From Takakia lepidozioides (lineage: Eukaryota; Plantae; Bryophyta), in contig CM060732.1 of assembly GCA_030704615.1 (NCBI GenBank), positions 64,914,001 to 64,978,000 of the forward strand: a stretch of DNA of 64,000 bases. Direction: 5' to 3'. The notes under the pieces were generated by a model that was given only the letters and a program-made list of their open reading frames with translations, searched no databases and had not been told where the DNA came from. Positions 25,801 to 38,394 of the stretch are shown here, piece by piece (position 1 is the stretch's first letter; the number at the start of each line of letters is the position of its first letter). The translations under genes and the position numbers were made by a program.

Positions 25801-25978
25801 TCCTTCCCTTTCTTCATAAAAATGTGGTGGGTAACTATTTATTTCCTCCTCGATTGGTGTTGTTGTCACCACCCCACAGCAGATACTTTTTAAACAACTC
25901 AGGCCTTCTAATTGCATCTCTGCAACGTGCTCCCACTCTGGGTGCGCCGCGAACAAGGTAGCTTCCTGCTCCTCATCC
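22693..25978 (-). pseudogene. pol: pol of E0 (RT, RNase H, integrase), truncated upstream of RT
   Basis: ORFs 25606-25956, 25104-25640, 23749-25149, 23555-23854, 23202-23549 and 22693-23106. Confidence 0.93.
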
Positions 25979-26744
25979 TACACCATCAATGTTCAGAATT
26001 GTCACTCGCTCCTATGATCAAAATCTCAATGGAAATCAGTACATGCTAATACCACTCTACTATGATCACTGTACTAATGCCATGCATGCACAGGCCTGAA
26101 CAGAGCCTAAATGAAGCACCATATCCTCTACTACCACTGCAAGATAGCTCTGGGACCAGAACGCACAACAGTGCGCTAATTATAACAGGTCCCGGCCAGT
26201 TAGCAGATTGGGGTGAAAGGACAACATGCCACCCTCAGCAAAGACTGCACACTTGGAAGCTCGTATCCAATGCTCATGCCGTTTTTTCAATACCCCCGTG
26301 ACATAGTGCAAAAATACGCGATGGAACTACCTCCCCTACTGCCAAGTCACACTAGCATCTATGTTGAAGCACAGTATGCCACAGGCCATCTACTATGTCT
26401 GCAGGAATCCCAACGCCACATCCCCACCCAAAGGGCATATGTACCCATCATGGTCACCCAATACTATGATCAATGTTTACCTCCACTATTACAAATTATG
26501 TCGCAGTTACCAGCCCTCATACAATTGTGGCCCATCTTCAGGTCCAAATGGCACATACTAAGTGCTTTGTTCAAAAGCTTAATACTACTCATGGCTGTAC
26601 TCATAAACCCCTTGCTATCCGGTATGCTCAAAAGCTACACATCTACTGCTCTGCCCCAAAGCCGCACGCTAATTGTTATGCTAAAAACTCCTATAAACAT
26701 TGCCATGTTGATTTGTCAACATATGCCCAAGGTTGTGCCTAGTT
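25979..26744 (+). repeat. Dispersed repeat: second copy of 49551-50317 (non-coding body downstream of the LINE-ORF1-like gene)
   Basis: Near-identical, same-orientation sequence (TACACCATCAATGTTCAGAATTG...CCCAAGGTTGTGC). Confidence 0.93.
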
Positions 26745-28263
26745 GCAACATTCTAAAATGCAAATGCAAAGATATGCAAGAGGCAAGTGTGTGTGATGAA
26801 ACTAATTCACTGTAAGGACAGGAGAATAATAACCTATTTCTAAGAAAGAGAATAGACACACTAAAGAACAGTCTTAGAAGGAGATCTAACATGCAACACT
26901 CGAAAAGGAGTTTAAAACATGCACTACAATAGACACAAAGCAAATGAATGCAATGAACTATGCAGTAGATCAAATCTAAAACTCAACAACAACAAAAACG
27001 CCGCCAATGAGACAAAGAGAGAAGAACACAAGATGCAGCAAATCGAATCTCTATAATCCCCAAACTAGTTTCGCTCAGCACGTGAGCTCAACAGTGGGAA
27101 AGAGAAGGAAAAGAGATACAATGTGCACCCCTCACCCCGCTTATATACTGCGGAAAGTGAACTTGTCTCGGGGGGGGAGAGAAAAAATACCTAATGGATG
27201 GAAAACATCCAAAATTGTCTTGGCTGGAGAGATATCCAACGCATGAAAATCTGGATGAAAAACATCCTAATGTTCTCTCCAAAATGGATAATCATCCAAA
27301 CTAGAAGCTAACTACATGTCTCAAATACAACTAGCCTCTAGATTTGTAACATAGCACGAACTAGATAGGAACGCAAGTTCCGTGCCCTCTTCCAACATAC
27401 CATAGGTCTGTCAAAGGACGCTAACTGCGGAACTTTCAAAAAGCCCTCATGAAGTTTAGGGTTTAGGACTCCCTCAAAGCTTAGAGCTTGAGTATAACGC
27501 GAATGCTCAAGTTTCAGAAACAAGGGGGCCCGCTTGCCCGTCAACTTACGAGTGGACTCTGAAGTCAACAGTGTAGCACATTGTGCATAGTCACAAAGCA
27601 CAAAACACTCTAAGATAAAAGACTTTGGATAGCCTCGAGCACGCAGTCGTTCATAGAACAGTTGCCTGATCTCAAAAAAACCTGCCCGTATGCTCTCCCT
27701 CAAAGTGTAACGTCGTAATTCGCCAATGATGAATGCTCGTTTTTGGTGTCGTGGATGACACGAGGTCCATGGCAAATACTGGTATCTGTTGAGTGCCTTT
27801 TGATGACATCTCGAAGATAAAATCCCATGGTTGACAAAATCAACTCCCTTGAAGAACTGAATATCAAGAATGTCAACCGTAGACTCAGAGATTACCCTTT
27901 GAATCCGAATTGTGGGACTAAGAGAATTGTATCCATCGAGCCAAGCCTCCAAACTTGCCCGAGATCCTGCCCAAATTCCAAATCCATCATCGATGTATCT
28001 CTTGTAGTATAGAGGCCACATGCCTCCTCCAGCACCAGCCAACTCTCTTTCTAAGCTGCAAAGAAAGAGACAAGCATAAACAACAGCAAAGTTGCTACCC
28101 ATTGCCGTGCCTCGGATCTGATGCCAATAGCTTGAACCAAATTGAAGATAGTTATTCTCCAACACCATGCGAGAAAGACTCAGGACGAATCTTTCAAACC
28201 GAGGTGACTTGAACTTGCCGGCAATCATCTCCTTCAATCGTCGAAGCCCGTCCCCAGTAGGAA
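26745..28263 (-). mobile_element. Penelope-like element (PLE), 5'-truncated: RT C-terminal half plus ~590-nt putative 3' UTR
   Basis: NNYLQFG...QIRGTAMGSNFA, YKRYIDD, DILDI, YQYLPWTSCHP, GELRRY, RLRARGYP and KRARNLRSYLVRA are PLE RT/thumb motifs; hammerhead in the UTR. Confidence 0.88.
27057..27100 (-). ncRNA. Minimal type I hammerhead ribozyme (core variant CUGUUGA)
   Basis: Minus strand reads UUCCCA-CUGUUGA-GCUCA(CGUGC)UGAGC-GAA-ACUAGU-U-UGGGGA: 6-bp stem I, 5-bp stem II, palindromic stem III. Confidence 0.78.
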
Positions 28264-28759
28264 TACTGGTAGTCTCTTCTCCAAAATGACCTCCAGCCAC
28301 TCCTTTATGAACTTCCTTCAAAACTTTATTTACTTCATGGTGGTACAAGCATCGTTTTAGTACTCCATCAGGTCCTAGCTTATACATTCTGCTTCCTACC
28401 ATAGTATAAGGTAAAGATTTGATAGCGATTCTCTTCCTTTGCTCCTTACCATAACTAGGTGGGCACTGACCATGAGCAAGGTAGTATCTGATTGGCCACT
28501 GCCAATCTAACCATTCATCTGCACTTCCCTGCATCTCCACTGCAAATAGACTCGCATCTGGTAATTGATCATCTATTCCTGTGGCTGGTTCTCCTGTTGA
28601 TAACCGTGACAAGTGATCCGCCACAAGATGCAATCTCTCAGGCTTGTAAACAACCTCGAACTCAAACTCGTGCAAGATTATCAACCATCTTGCTATCCTT
28701 CCGCTTATCAGAGGTTTGTTTACCAGGTATATCAGAGCATGGTGATCCACATAGAACAT
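27338..28759 (-). CDS. Chimeric 473-aa ORF: gypsy RH end/integrase N-terminus fused in frame to PLE RT
   Basis: GGHFGEETTS|IPTGDGL junction at ~28264. Confidence 0.8.
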   Translation of the reverse strand: MFYVDHHALIYLVNKPLISGRIARWLIILHEFEFEVVYKPERLHLVADHLSRLSTGEPATGIDDQLPDASLFAVEMQGSADEWLDWQWPIRYYLAHGQCPPSYGKEQRKRIAIKSLPYTMVGSRMYKLGPDGVLKRCLYHHEVNKVLKEVHKGVAGGHFGEETTSIPTGDGLRRLKEMIAGKFKSPRFERFVLSLSRMVLENNYLQFGSSYWHQIRGTAMGSNFAVVYACLFLCSLERELAGAGGGMWPLYYKRYIDDGFGIWAGSRASLEAWLDGYNSLSPTIRIQRVISESTVDILDIQFFKGVDFVNHGILSSRCHQKALNRYQYLPWTSCHPRHQKRAFIIGELRRYTLRESIRAGFFEIRQLFYERLRARGYPKSFILECFVLCDYAQCATLLTSESTRKLTGKRAPLFLKLEHSRYTQALSFEGVLNPKLHEGFLKVPQLASFDRPMVCWKRARNLRSYLVRAMLQI

Positions 28760-31700
28760 AAACTTCTTGCCCAGCAGTAATGCCTGAATTTCTTCACTGC
28801 ATAGATCATTGCCAATGCTTCTCTTTCCGTTGTGCTATAGTTCCTTTCAGCACTGTTCATCAACCTGCTAGCATAGTACACAGGTGAATCTATATTTCCT
28901 GTAACATTCTGGGCTAACACCGCTCCCAACGCTTCTCCTGATGCATCGCAGTGAACATGAAATACTACATGCCAGTGAGGGTTAATCAGCACAGGTGTAG
29001 TTGTTACTGACAGTGTAAGTTCCTCAAACGCCTGTTGACATTCAATTGTCCAGGCAAACACTGCATCTTTCTTCAGTAGCTTGCTCAATGGTGCTGCTAT
29101 TTGGGCATACCTTTTGACAAATCTTCTATAATAACTGGTTTGCCCAAGGAATCTCCTTAGACTCTTAACATTCACTGGTGGTAGAGAGGCTTTAATGGCC
29201 TCTGTCTTCCTGGGATCCACAAGAAGTCCCTTCTTACACACAATGTGTCCCAGAAGCACCCCTAAGTTCACACAGAAAGTACACTTCTCTGGATTCAGGC
29301 CCAGACCTCTCATCCTGCATCTGGCCAAACTTAACTCCAACCCTAAATTTATGCAAGTGTTCATTCTTAGAGCTATACACACTGAAATCATCCAAGAACA
29401 CCTACATGAAATCATCCAGATACTCATGAAAAGATTCACTTATCACTCTCTGAAAGGTCGCTGGTGCATTACAAAGTCCAAAGGGCATGACTTTGTATGC
29501 ATAACCCCCCCAGTCTGTGATGAAAGCTGTTTTTCCTTGGTCTTCTTCTGCCACTTGCACTTGATTATAACCACTGAAGCCATCCATGAATGAGTACATC
29601 TCATGGCCTGCCACAGTGTCCAATACTGCTTCTGTGAATGGCAAAGGGAAAGGATCTTTCTTCGTATAAGCATTCAGCTTCTTGTAGTTCACACATACTC
29701 TTAGTTTACCATTCTTCTTGGGAACTATCACAATGGGTGACAACCAAGTTGTATACTCTATTGGATATATAAACTTAGCCTCAGCCAACTTCTTTATCTC
29801 TTCTCCAACCTTCTGTGCGTAGTTGGGATTCATTCTGTACCTCGCCTGCTTGATTGGTACTGACCCTGGTTCCAGTCAATCTTATGCTGACAGACTTCAG
29901 GTGGTATCCCTTTTAGATCCTCATAGCTCCAAGCAAATACATCTCTGTATTTGATGAACAAGCTTTTAGCTTCTTCAAAGAATTCCGGCTCCAAATCAGC
30001 TCCTACTTTCACCATCCTCGGTTCCTCTTTAGTTCCCACATTCACTTCCCTCACCTGCTCATCAGCTGTGATTGTCCAACCAGTCACCACTTCATCCTGT
30101 AAGCTCACAGTGGCTGGTTCCTCTAGGATTTCCATTTCCCTTCTTTCCTCATAGAAATGCGATGGGTAAATGCTGGTTTCCTCTTCAGTTGGTGTTGCTG
30201 TCACTACACCACAGCAGATACCTCTTAAACAACTTAGGCTTTCCAGCCGCATCTCTGCAACCTGCTCCCACTCTGGGTGTGCAGCAAATAGGGTAGCTTC
30301 CTGCTCCTCATCCAGTCCTCCTTTCCAGTCATACTCTCTGACTCCTTGAGGTCTTCTTGTAGCAGGTAATCTACTAGATTTCTTTGTGGTAATTTGTATC
30401 TCGTGTATCCCATTATGCACGGTTAGTAACTGAGAATTCCAGTCATGGAATACCCTGGCCTGTTTTAGCCACGGATGTCCCAATAATAAGGAGTAAGTCT
30501 CCATGACTTCATCCATCTTCAACACAGTTACTGTGATCATAAAGATCATCTTCTGTATCTGTATCTTAACTCCTCTTATCAATCCCAATGGCTGTACACT
30601 TCTTTGATCTGCCATTGTTACTGTAAATGGGGCTGGTTTCATGTTACTTAGACCAAGCTTCTTCCTTAATTGGTCTGTCATGATATTTACTCCAGAACCT
30701 CCATCTATCAGTACATCAGTTAGTTCTGTGCTTCTAATTCTCAATTGGATTACTGGCATAGAATCATCAAAGTCCATGACTGTTTCTCGCCCTTCCGGCT
30801 TCACATTATAACTGGTCACCTTGCTGTTCAGGTCTGTGTTTCCTGTCTCCTGGGCAATTCGATTGATTGCTTGATACAGCCTGTGCCTACAATAAGGTGC
30901 CACAGCGAATAGCTGTCCAATGGTAATTTCTGCTTTGGTCTGGCATATTACTTCAGCCAAAGTCTCTTCATTACTTTGCATGTCTGCATCTTCTTTCTTC
31001 CTTTCTTCCTCACTCCCTTCTTCTTCTCCATCAAAATCAGAGAAATCTGCCACAGGAATATCAGTACTCTTCTGCATTTCCCTTATAGTATCTGCCACTT
31101 CCTTGTGCAGTTCCTTCTCATCTTTCCAAGTCTCTTCATCTTCAGGCATATCATTGCCACCTTCATTATCATCTTCTTCCTCTACTACTGGAGGTATTAG
31201 TTTGGCTTTACTTCTTGTTACTATCATTGTACTTACTTCTGGTACAACACATGGCCTAACCATGTGAGCTGCCACCACTGGGCCCTCATTCACAGGAGCT
31301 CTCATCTCATTCTGGTGTCTTATCCAGAATGAACAGGCTGCCCTGCGATGTCCTGGCTGATTACAATAGTAACATAGTTCTTCACCATTGGGTCCTCGCC
31401 CTTGGTCTGTTCTTGGATTTTCTATAATCCTGATTCCCGGGCTAGTAATTCCCCCTTGGATTACCCTGATAGTTGCCTCTGGAATTTCCTTGGTAATTCC
31501 CTCTTGAATTACCTCTCCCTTCTATGCCATTGTTATAACCACCAGACCTACCATAGTGGTCCTGATCATTGTTTCTTCTTGGCTGGGGCTGCACCTGATG
31601 CACCCTTACTTACCTATGTTCTCTTGCAGCTGTCCTTCTGTTGTAGTAACAATTCTCAGTAGAATGGTTATCCATTTTACAGATAGTACAGTGTTTCTCC

Positions 31701-33266
31701 TTCATGTGGCATTCTGTGGTGGTATGGCCTTCATTCTGGCACTTTGCACACCATACACCCTTCCTCCAATGTGTTGCAGCCTTTGTGGCATACTTCTTCA
31801 AGATTTCTTCCAATCTTTTTTCATAGTTATCCCTCTTCAACTTCTCCTTTCTCTTACTCTTCCTTTTTAGTTCTTGCTCTTCTTCTTCATCTGACTCATC
31901 CTCAGAGTCCTCATCATCCCTTTTCTCTCTCCTGAGCATTCCCAATTGCTCAATTCTGTTTGCAGTTTCAAATGCCTCCTCCACTATATTATGGGGTAAC
32001 ATATCCACTTTCTTTTGCAACTCTGGTCTTAGTCCACTCACAAACCAAGTCTTCTGTAAACTGGGTGTTGGTACTGCAGCCAGCTTTTTCATCATCAATT
32101 CCATCTTTTCCATATACTCCTCAACAGTTTCATGCTTCTTTTGCTTTAACTGTTGTAAACTTCCATACACTTCATTTTCAGTTTTACTTGTCCTGAACCT
32201 ATTTCGGAATGCTGTATTCAAGCCATTCCAGGTTAGGAAATGATTATCAGGGAATCTTGCATACCATTCACTTGCTTTCTTGATAAGTGAACAAGGAAAC
32301 AATCTCATCTTGGCATCATCGCCATTCTCATTGTTCACTATACACATGTGCTCAAATTGGCTAATGTGTACATCGGGATCCCCTTTTCCTGAATATATTG
32401 GAAAGGGTGGTTTTTCCCGTGTTGGTTGTAACGCCATCTGTGGCCCTACCTTCTGCCCACTGACAGGTGCTGGCACCCTTGCTGGTGCTGGTCCTTCTGG
32501 ACCTGTTGTTTTTGTGGTGGATCTTCCACCAAGTGGTGGCCCTTGAGCACTCCCTGCTTCCGGCCCCACGATATTCACAGTATTCCCAGCTTCAGTTGCA
32601 CTACTTCCCACACTCCCTCTCCCCCAGAGCCAGATCCAGGCAGCCTGCCTGATCCCCCTGAGCCGACACCTTCGTTGGCCTGTGATCCAAGTGCTCCACT
32701 TGATCCAGGTCCAACGGGTTGGGATGTCCTGGTTGTAGTCTCAACCTCAGCTGTTGGGTCTACTTCTTCATATTCTTCCTCTTCCAATTTCTTCTCTCTG
32801 TTTTCATCCTCCAAGTTCTGCCCTTGGGTTCTTCTTCACTCATGTAACTCAACTGTAATGGTGTTGGAGAGTCTGAACTCTCCGTTGGCTCTGCCACATC
32901 CTCTTCTCCTTCTTCACCTTCCGCTTCAGAAACTGGAGTTCCTGCTTTAGGTGTTCCATGCCAACTCTTATCAAAGATTTCTGTCAAATCTTTTATCGAG
33001 GGATGTACCTCAGATCTTTCACCTCGTGATTGATCTTCTTCCTGTACCAATTCCCTTAATCTTTCTTGCAAAGAAACAGAAGGAATGGCATCCAACTCTA
33101 GTTCTTCTGGTATGGGTGATGTACTCTTTGATCTTAATGGTGTGAGAGGTCCAGATGATTCCCCTATGTCTATTCCTCTCTCCCAAAGATATGGATAATT
33201 AGCTTTCAGATAGCTTTCTCTTTTTGCTGAATATCTCTGGCGTTTAGCTTCTCTTTCATCACTCAT
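28264..33266 (-). pseudogene. gag-pol: gag-pol of E2 (frameshifted)
   Basis: ORFs 32760-33266, 31610-32611, 29830-31305 (gag end and protease in one frame), 29402-29833 and 28732-29439. Confidence 0.92.
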
Positions 33267-33875
33267 GTCCCATGTCTTTCATTTCTTTTAATGTGGCAAT
33301 AACCAAAACTCTCTTCTGTAATATCTCTCGTATATGCCTGGGTTTCTTTCAAGCTTCAATGCACCCTTGGCTATACTTGAAGTCTCCGTTATCATATAAC
33401 CATATGGCAAACAAGTCTGGAAAGCTGTTCTTGGTGTGAGTTTGATCCACAAAATATCCTTTGGAATCCAATTCTTTACCAGTACAAGCTCTTCATGCAT
33501 ATGAGTATAAACATTCACTTTTCTTTCCTCCTAGCCTTCAAACTCTACTCGCTTAATGGATAGCAATGCTATCACATAAACCAACGTTGGTAACCAACGT
33601 GCTCTTCCTCTACAGGCTACCTGATAAATCTTTATCACTCCTTTCTCCAGACCCCATTCCGGATCAGCATCATGCACTCGCTTAAGAATATTTTCTTTAC
33701 AACCGTCTGGCAATTCCAAGAACCTTTGAAAGAACTGTTTGGACAATCTTTCTTCCTTCGTTCCACAGGGAATTTGATTCACTTCAAATTCTTTAATGGT
33801 CCAACCATCATGATCCCACCAGATGCCTGTCACATCTGGTTGTTCATTACTCAGTTCCCGAGTATGGTCGCCAAA

Positions 33876-34895
33876 TGTCGCGCGGCTTTTACTCACCCAT
33901 CCCTTCGCTATCCGAGGCGGAAACTCCAAGATAGAAGAGTTGGAAATCTCTAAGTACTCAGCCCGCGCTGAACAATCAGTCATGACCTACAGCTAGTGTA
34001 TCATGGGGGTGTTTCCTATTTGTTTCCCTTTTCGCATTCATGTTAGCTACCTTACCATTGATAATTAAGTATCAGTTTGCTTCATCAATCTATCGGATTC
34101 CATCAACTCATCCATTCATTCCACAGCTTCACTCAGATCTCTCTACACAGTGTGATTGTATCGTATAAGTATCAAATTATGATTTATCAGGTATCAGGCC
34201 GAAGCCATTGTGTCTCTAATCTGCTCTACTATATCACTATCGCTTTGCATATAACAAGCATCTACTAATCCTCTTTCCTCCTTCACCATGCTCTCCATCT
34301 TTGCTTCCGATCTTGCTCTCCGCCCGATCTCCTCTCATGCATGACCCAGAAGTGCTACCAAGAATAATGATCCCCCTTCTCAGTCCTTGCTTCTCCCTTT
34401 ATCTTCCTACCCGTGGCTCTAACCGTTTCCCTTACTAACCGTCGTTCGTGAACTAACATGTTCCATTTGCAGGTGTTGTTCCCCACAGTCGTTCCCTGTC
34501 CTGCTCTCCGTTCCTTATGGTCATGACAGCTGTGTCAAGCTGTGACTGGCTGTGTGAAACTGTGACGGGCTGTGACTGGCTGTGCGACTGTGTTTGGCTG
34601 TGTCGGGCTGTGACTGGCTGTGTGGCTGTGTCGGCTGTGACGGGCTGTGTTGGCTGTGATGGCTGTGTCGGGCTGTGACGAGCTGTGCTGACTGTGTCTG
34701 GCTGTGTCGGCTGTGACGGGCTGTGTTGGCTGTGTCGGCTGTGATGAGCTGTGTTGGCTGTGACGGGCTGTGTAACCCCCCTCTACAGTGCGCTGCTGTC
34801 ACCCCTAAGGCTCCTATTGGTCTCAGTCTGTGCAAAAATTAAGGGTACCCTACAGATCCCGTATAAGTGTCTAAGTCCCAGACAGTCCTCTAACA
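33876..34895 (-). repeat. 5' LTR of E2
   Basis: TGTCGCGCGG...CTCTAACA; adjacent PBS. Confidence 0.95.
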
Positions 34896-35329
34896 CTTCT
34901 TTCCCTTCTGCGGCGTTCCCTGAGCATCAGGCTCCTTGGCAGCCAATGTTGCTATGTTTCGTTGGTACTCTTCGTCAGTCAAAGGCGCCAGCATCTCAGC
35001 GTTATTGTTCAAGTATTTCATATGCTGTTCTTGAAAGGTCGTGTGCTCCAGTGGGCAGTCAAGGTACCACCCACAGTCTCTGAAGTGAGAAGGACTCCAG
35101 TCCTTCAATATCCCTGCAGTATACATGGTTGGATCGTTTGCAGGGTCCGACCACATGTCAAGATAGTCGGGAATTCCGCCCAGGTGATTTCCTTCCATAA
35201 GCACATATTTCGTGTACCTGAAAAAAGGAGATAAATCCCAACCCACAAAAGCGCTCAGTGAGTAAGATGCAAGTAGAACAGAATGAAAAAAACATAGATT
35301 GAAATGGCTCTGAGAACTGCTCCAAGGAC

Positions 35330-36110
35330 CTTTCAGGACCACACTACTGCTCCAGATGTGAATGTCGTCAACGCCATTCAAAACATTCCATTCAATGATA
35401 CAGTAAATACACCCTAATCCAGGTGAATGCAAATTATCGTTTAGGAATGACCCAGACATAGAAGTGAATGTCGTCAACGACATTCACTAATGAAGCCTAA
35501 TTATTCCCTAAATGAAGCAAAATCACAGGATGGAAATCATAAAATCGAGTAAGGAACCCTCCAGGAAAACTCAATGCACATTCATAACGAACATATCACT
35601 GAGGACCTCACAACATCACTGTATGTGAATGGCGTTAACGCCATTCACAAAAATACCAAAAAGAAACCAATTACTTAGTTCCCAATCCATGTAAATTCAA
35701 ATTGTCGCTGTTGAATAATACAGACACAGAAGTGAATGTCGTCAACGACATTCACTTTGGATTTCTCATAACAGAGCTTATCAAGCCTCCAGATTCCTCG
35801 CAAGAGGCAAAAACAATGCAGAACAATTGAATGTCTGCATTGACATCCAGCAAAATGAAGTGAGGAACCCTCACTGTAACCTCTATGGACATTACAAAAC
35901 TTTACATAACTCTGAGGACCTCTCAACAACTCCGTATGTGAATGTCGTCAACGCCATTCAAGGACATTATCAATTCTAATCAGGGACACTATAATTACAC
36001 CCTTAGATCCTAACCAGGTGAATTCATATACTCGCTTAAGAATGACTCAGACAAAGAAGTGAATGTCGTCAACGACATTCAATCTGGATCTATGATTGCA
36101 TTCCTTATGA
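35330..36110. repeat. Intronic degenerate tandem repeat (3 units of ~270-310 bp), each unit with two 24-bp palindromes GTGAATGKCGTYAACGMCATTCAM
   Basis: Palindromes start at 35358, 35464, 35625, 35732, 35938 and 36059. Confidence 0.9.
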
Positions 36111-37951
36111 AGCCACATTTTTTCCCAAAAAACAGTAGAGTTTCAAGTATGACATTGCACCTGTACACAACTCGCATCATGGCCCACTCTCCTCCAACCT
36201 GACTGTCAAAGTTGTTGGACCGTAAAATGTTACCATCTTTGGAGAACTCCCGGAAAAAACAGTATCTCCAGGTGAGACCTCTCTACTTCCTTATGTATGC
36301 CTCCAATGACATTTGGGGAGGGAAACAATCGAAATGTTCAGGTCCTTCAAAGTCTGATCCAGCACAATGACGGCGCGCTTTTCGAGCTGCAAATAGTATA
36401 TTTGTCAGAATTGCAAATAAGATACTCATCACATACTTGAAGAGAAGAAAACAGCATGTTTGAATACACACCTGACTCCAAAATGTAGCCTTGTGGAGCC
36501 AGTTATCAAACACCAAATCACTGATTCCTTCCACCTTTGTGCCAGGCTGTATGGTGCTCTTTGGGAACTGATTCAAGTCCTTTACTGTTTGATCTGAGTT
36601 CCATATCTCCAGCCACCTTATTTTTGTTTGTGGGTCGACCATCGATATGGCCAGCCGGTGCAATTTCTCCTGCTGCATCTCCGGATGCACATGCTTGTCA
36701 TAGTGTGTTTTGATCTGCTGAAGGAACTCAGGACCAAGTCCAAGATCTACTATTCTAAGCAGCTTTCCGAAGGCGGACATCAATTTGGTTCTTTGCATTT
36801 CAAACTCCTTCTTTATTGCAGCTTCCACACCCTTTGATGTCCTTAGTTCTTCTGGTGTAGTGCGGTAATATTCGGATTTTCCCTTCTCAGCTGCCTCTGC
36901 TAGTTCTTGCTGCATTGATTCAAGTAGTGATTAGCTCCGAAGGGACTACAAACATGTATTCGAAAAGTAAACAGAGTACAGACTCGGGCTTACCGCATAC
37001 ATGTACTCCAGAAACGCCTCTCGTGTCAAAGAATACCAAGTGCCTGCAGCTCTTTCTGTTTCGCATTTCTTGATGATATTGGGTGGTAGTACTGTCCGAA
37101 AATCATCCAGCTTCATCAGACCAATCCTCTGAATTCGGAATAGTGTGTGAACCAAGCTTGTTGTCACATGCGATTTCTCTGTCGATCTGCAAAAACATTG
37201 GAAACATTGCATTCCTTAATACTGTTTTTTGAGGATTAATAAGACACTACAGAGGGAATGAAATCTCTTGGATGACTTACTTGTTCACGTCGTGCATAGC
37301 TGTAAGAAGCCTAGCGATGTCGTTTCCAGGATCCAAAACCATTGCCTCCACAGCAACATGCTTGTCTTTGTCTTTCGCATGGTGTTTCTGAATGTATCCC
37401 ATCCATGCCAGCAATCGGTGGTTGTCGTCCCAGACGTAGAACATGTGGTTGCAGAATTGCTGGGTGTTCTTTCCCAGCATGAGGCCCAGCTTGAACTCCT
37501 CATTGGCATCTTTCCAGCACTCATCCCAGTTATCACTGATCTCTGGAGACACTAATGTACTTTTCCCATTTATATCCGTCAGTGACACATAAAAAACTTG
37601 TGCACCAAGTCTATATCCATGCACAAAATCACTCTCCAATTTTGTTATGTCATGGGAAAGAGGTGGACGCACAACAGGCATTGATATCATCCGGCACAGA
37701 GGGATGTCCAGACGCCCTCCAGATACGAGCATGTCCCTTATAACCTCCTGAGAGTTTACCTTCTGGAATGACATGAGTTCTTTCACCTTGTCAAGGTAGT
37801 GCACTTCAGATTCATCTGCTTCATCTGTATTCTCTGAGCTTTTTGCGGACTCGTCCCCATCTCCAGATCCTTTCCCCTCTGATCCTGTAGGCTTCGACCT
37901 CACAGTTTTCTGCACGATGCCATTCAGTTCTGACTGAGTGATTTGCAAATA

Positions 37952-38394
37952 GTGAATGGCGGTAACGACCATCACTCTGTCTCAAAGGAACTCACTATGA
38001 ATGGTGTGAAAGAATTCAGCACAATCTACACAAGCAAAGCTGATACTGCCGTATCCAAAACAAAAATGAGAGCGATAGCGAACGGCGTTAACGACAATCA
38101 CAAAAGATAACGACCTGCCGGATCGGTGTTGTGTAATGACATCTATGTGCAACTGATTGGCGGCAACGACATTCAGTATAGTTTAGGGCGGACAGTAAGT
38201 GCAGATTATTCAGATTGACTCCACTGTGATTACCGTCGCCAGCATGGGAAGAGGAAGGCCTGCTTCAAAGGCAATCATACAGACTGTATGGTCTGAACAA
38301 CGATGATTGACGGTATGCCGACCCTCACTCTCTCTTCAAACACATAGGTACATAAATCTCATGAGGAGAATCGAATGGCGTTAACGACGCTCGC
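37952..38394. repeat. Degenerate copies of the same 24-bp palindrome in the putative first intron
   Basis: 37952-37975, 38078-38101, 38153-38176 and 38371-38394. Confidence 0.75.

Larger units (their letters stand above)
3892..25978 (-). mobile_element. Ty3/gypsy family A, copy E0 (5'-truncated at 25978; interrupted by E1)
   Basis: LTR remnant 3892-4107 ending CCTAACA, PPT 4108-4124, 3' ORF split by E1 with GCTAC TSD, integrase/RH/RT at 22693-25978. Confidence 0.85.
28264..34895 (-). mobile_element. Ty3/gypsy family A copy E2 (3'-truncated within integrase)
   Basis: 5' LTR 33876-34895, PBS 33856-33873, eORF1 33288-33983 (one stop), gag-pol 28264-33266 nearly identical to E1. Confidence 0.92.
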
